Below, piece by piece: positions 45,552-47,972 of a stretch of 47,972 nt of DNA. The notes below the pieces were generated by a model, which saw only the letters and a list, made by a program, of their open reading frames with translations, was not told the DNA's origin and did no database searches. How positions within the stretch are numbered: position 1 is the first letter of the stretch; each line of letters starts with the position of its first letter. A program made the translations under genes and the position numbers. Where the stretch lies: assembly GCA_964531525.1 (NCBI GenBank), contig CAZHDF010000004.1, positions 1-47,972 on the forward strand, read 5' to 3'. Source of the DNA: an uncultured Alphaproteobacteria bacterium (lineage in GTDB: Bacteria; Pseudomonadota; Alphaproteobacteria; JAAXGF01).

Positions 45552-47972
45552 ATGACCGCCCTTCTCCTGATCCTCGCCGTCGGCGCGCTGATCGCGCTGT
45601 TCTATGTCGGGCGCGGCTATTGGGCTTGGCTGGCGGCGGCTCTGCTGGTGTTCGCCGCCTGGGCCGTGGCCGGGATCGAAACGCCCGCCGCCTTCTCGGC
45701 GCTGGGAGCGCTCGCGGTCGTGCTCGCGCTGGCGTTCGGCCTGCCGTTGATCCGCCGGCCGTTGATCTCGGCGCCTCTGATGCGGCTCGCGCGGCGCGCG
45801 ATGCCGCGCGTGAGCGAGACCGAGCGCGCGGCGCTCGAAGCCGGGACCGTGTGGTGGGATGGGGCCTTGTTCTCGGGCGATCCCGACTGGCGCAAGCTGC
45901 TGGACTTCCAGGTCCGACCCCTGTCGGAGCGCGAGCAAGCCTTCCTCGACGGGCCGGTCGAGACGCTTTGCGCGATGATCGACGACTGGCGCGTCTGGCA
46001 GGACCGCGATCTCTCGCCCGAGGTCTGGGACTACCTCAAGCGCGAGCGGTTCTTCGGCATGATCATCCCCGAGAGCTACGGCGGCCTCGGCTTTTCGGCG
46101 ATCGCCCATTCGGCGGTCGTGGCCAAGGTCGCGAGCCGCAGCATTCCCGCCGCCTGCACGCTGATGGTGCCCAACTCGCTGGGGCCGGCCGAGCTTCTCC
46201 TGCGCTACGGCACCGAGGCCCAGAAGGACCATTACCTGCCCCGCCTCGCGCGCGGCGAGGACGTGCCCTGCTTCGCGCTCACCGAGCCCCACGCGGGCAG
46301 CGACGCGGCGTCCACGCGCAGCCGGGGCGTGGTCTGTCGCGGAACCTACGACGGCGAGGAGGTGCTGGGCATCCGGCTCGACTGGAACAAGCGCTACATC
46401 ACGCTCGCCCCGGTCGCGACCGTGATCGGCCTCGCCTTCCGGCTCTATGACCCCGAGCGGCTTCTCGGCGGCGAGGAGGATCTCGGCATCACCTGCGCGC
46501 TGATCCCGCCGGACCTGCCGGGGATCGAGATCGGCGCGCGCCACGACCCCATGGGGGTGCCGTTCCAGAACGGGCCGATCGTCGGGCGCGACGTGTTCGT
46601 GCCGCTGGACGCGGTGATCGGCGGGCGCGAGGGCGTCGGGCGCGGCTGGCGGATGCTCATGGACTGCCTCGCCGCCGGGCGCTCGATCTCGCTGCCGTCG
46701 CTGTCGGTCGCGGCGGTCGAGCTGGCGGCGCGCACCACCGGGGCCTACGCGACCCTGCGCGAGCAGTTCAATCTGCCCATCGGCCGCTTCGAGGGCATCG
46801 AGGAGCCGCTCGCGCGGATCGCGGGGCACGCCTATTTCATGAACGCGGCGCGGCGGCTCACCTGCGGCGCGGTCGACGACGGCGAGCAGCCGGCGGTGCT
46901 GTCGGCGGTCGTCAAGGCCTATCTCACCGAGGGCATGCGCGCCTCGGTCAACGACGCCATGGACGTGCTCGCCGGGGCCGCGATCTGCCGGGGCCCGCGC
47001 AACGCGCTCGGGCGTTGCTTCACCGCCATGCCGATCGCCATCACGGTCGAGGGCGCGAACATCCTGACCCGCTCGCTGATCGTCTTCGGCCAGGGCTCGG
47101 TCCGCTGCCACCCCTTCGTCCACGACGAGATGGCGGCGATCGCCGACGGCGACCTCGCGCGCTTCGACCGGGCGCTATTCGGCCATATCGGCTTCTTCGC
47201 GCGCAATGCCGTGCGCGCGCCGCTTCTGGCGCTGACCGGCGGGTGGCTCGCGCGCGCGCCGGTGGCGGACGACACCGCGCGCCGCTTCCGCGCCTTCACG
47301 CGCCAGGCCGCCGCCTTCGCGCTGCTCACCGACGTCGCGCTGCTCACCCTCGGCGGCGGGCTCAAGCGGCGCGAGAAAATCAGCGGCCGGCTCGCCGACG
47401 CGCTCGCCTGGCTCTATCTCGGCTCGGCGACCCTCAAGCGGTTCCACGACGAGGGCCGCCCCGAGGAGGACGCGGCGGTCATGGCCTGGTCCTGCGACCT
47501 CGCGCTCTACCGCATCGAGGACGCGCTTCGCGGGGTTCTCGACAACCTCCCCAACCGCTTCGCCGCCGGCGTCGCGCGCGGGCTGATCTTCCCCCTCGGC
47601 GCGCGGCGGCGGCCGCCGTCGGATGCGCTCGGCGGACGCGTGGCCAGGGCGATGCTCGACGGCGGCGCGCTGCGCGAGCGGCTGACCACGGAGATCTTCG
47701 TCCCCCCGCTTCAGGAGGACGGGCTCGGCCGGATCGAGGCGAGCCTGCGAAGCGTGCTCGCCGCGCAACCCGACCGCGACCGCATCCGCGCGGCGCTGCG
47801 CGCCGGAACGCTCGAGCGCGCCCCCAAGGACACGCTGGTCGAGCGCGCGCGCGCCGCCGGCGTCATCGACGCCGAGGCCGAGGCCCGCATCGAAGCCGCC
47901 GAGGCCGACCGCGACGCGGTGATCCAGGTCGATTCCTTCGCCGCCGAGCGCTACGCCACGCTCAAGGGGTAA
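45552..47972 (+). CDS. fadE: Large FadE-type acyl-CoA dehydrogenase with an N-terminal membrane anchor
   Basis: ATG at 45552 after GAGGAG. Two N-terminal hydrophobic helices, then an ACAD core (CFALTEPHAGSDAAS, ITVEGANILTRSLIVFGQG). The TAA stop is the last codon of the window. Confidence 0.85.
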   Translation: MTALLLILAVGALIALFYVGRGYWAWLAAALLVFAAWAVAGIETPAAFSALGALAVVLALAFGLPLIRRPLISAPLMRLARRAMPRVSETERAALEAGTVWWDGALFSGDPDWRKLLDFQVRPLSEREQAFLDGPVETLCAMIDDWRVWQDRDLSPEVWDYLKRERFFGMIIPESYGGLGFSAIAHSAVVAKVASRSIPAACTLMVPNSLGPAELLLRYGTEAQKDHYLPRLARGEDVPCFALTEPHAGSDAASTRSRGVVCRGTYDGEEVLGIRLDWNKRYITLAPVATVIGLAFRLYDPERLLGGEEDLGITCALIPPDLPGIEIGARHDPMGVPFQNGPIVGRDVFVPLDAVIGGREGVGRGWRMLMDCLAAGRSISLPSLSVAAVELAARTTGAYATLREQFNLPIGRFEGIEEPLARIAGHAYFMNAARRLTCGAVDDGEQPAVLSAVVKAYLTEGMRASVNDAMDVLAGAAICRGPRNALGRCFTAMPIAITVEGANILTRSLIVFGQGSVRCHPFVHDEMAAIADGDLARFDRALFGHIGFFARNAVRAPLLALTGGWLARAPVADDTARRFRAFTRQAAAFALLTDVALLTLGGGLKRREKISGRLADALAWLYLGSATLKRFHDEGRPEEDAAVMAWSCDLALYRIEDALRGVLDNLPNRFAAGVARGLIFPLGARRRPPSDALGGRVARAMLDGGALRERLTTEIFVPPLQEDGLGRIEASLRSVLAAQPDRDRIRAALRAGTLERAPKDTLVERARAAGVIDAEAEARIEAAEADRDAVIQVDSFAAERYATLKG

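Overview
This is a GC-rich, very gene-dense bacterial segment. Third codon positions are dominated by G/C by eye, and many long spurious ORFs run antisense or out of frame. Gene content and gene order look alphaproteobacterium-like, which is an inference. I support about 45 protein-coding genes in clear blocks. (1) 1-6126: a NitT/TauT-type ABC importer plus dihydropyrimidinase/hydantoinase and a beta-ureidopropionase-like amidohydrolase, with RutR-type boxes in the divergent promoter. (2) 6167-15871: a heavy-metal block. It holds merR, then merT-merP-[118-bp palindromic element]-merF-like-merA-small CC membrane protein-CcdA-like protein, then a GST, then cadR-like / Zn-Cd-Pb P1B-ATPase-SCO1-CtaG. 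(3) 15993-18348: a family III CoA-transferase and an acyl-CoA dehydrogenase. (4) 18358-23771, minus strand: the sulfate-assimilation operon cobA(SUMT)-DUF2849-cysI-DUF934-cysH-metZ. (5) 24205-28730: a Liv-type ABC importer. (6) 28883-35561, minus strand: iorA-iorB::ferredoxin fusion-2-oxoacid:ferredoxin oxidoreductase alpha/beta/gamma-paaK-like ligase. (7) 35885-37528: an AidB-like acyl-CoA dehydrogenase. (8) 37855-47972: a 785-aa acyltransferase/alpha-beta-hydrolase fusion followed by a fadD-thiolase-hydroxyacyl-CoA dehydrogenase/hydratase-fadE beta-oxidation operon. I saw no rRNA, tRNA, CRISPR array, transposase or integrase. The items most worth a second look are the non-canonical tail of the mer operon, the large palindromic element inside that operon, the IorB-ferredoxin fusion in a double OFOR operon, and the acyltransferase-hydrolase fusion heading the beta-oxidation operon. 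All functional calls rest on motif recognition by eye and on gene context. No database search was run.
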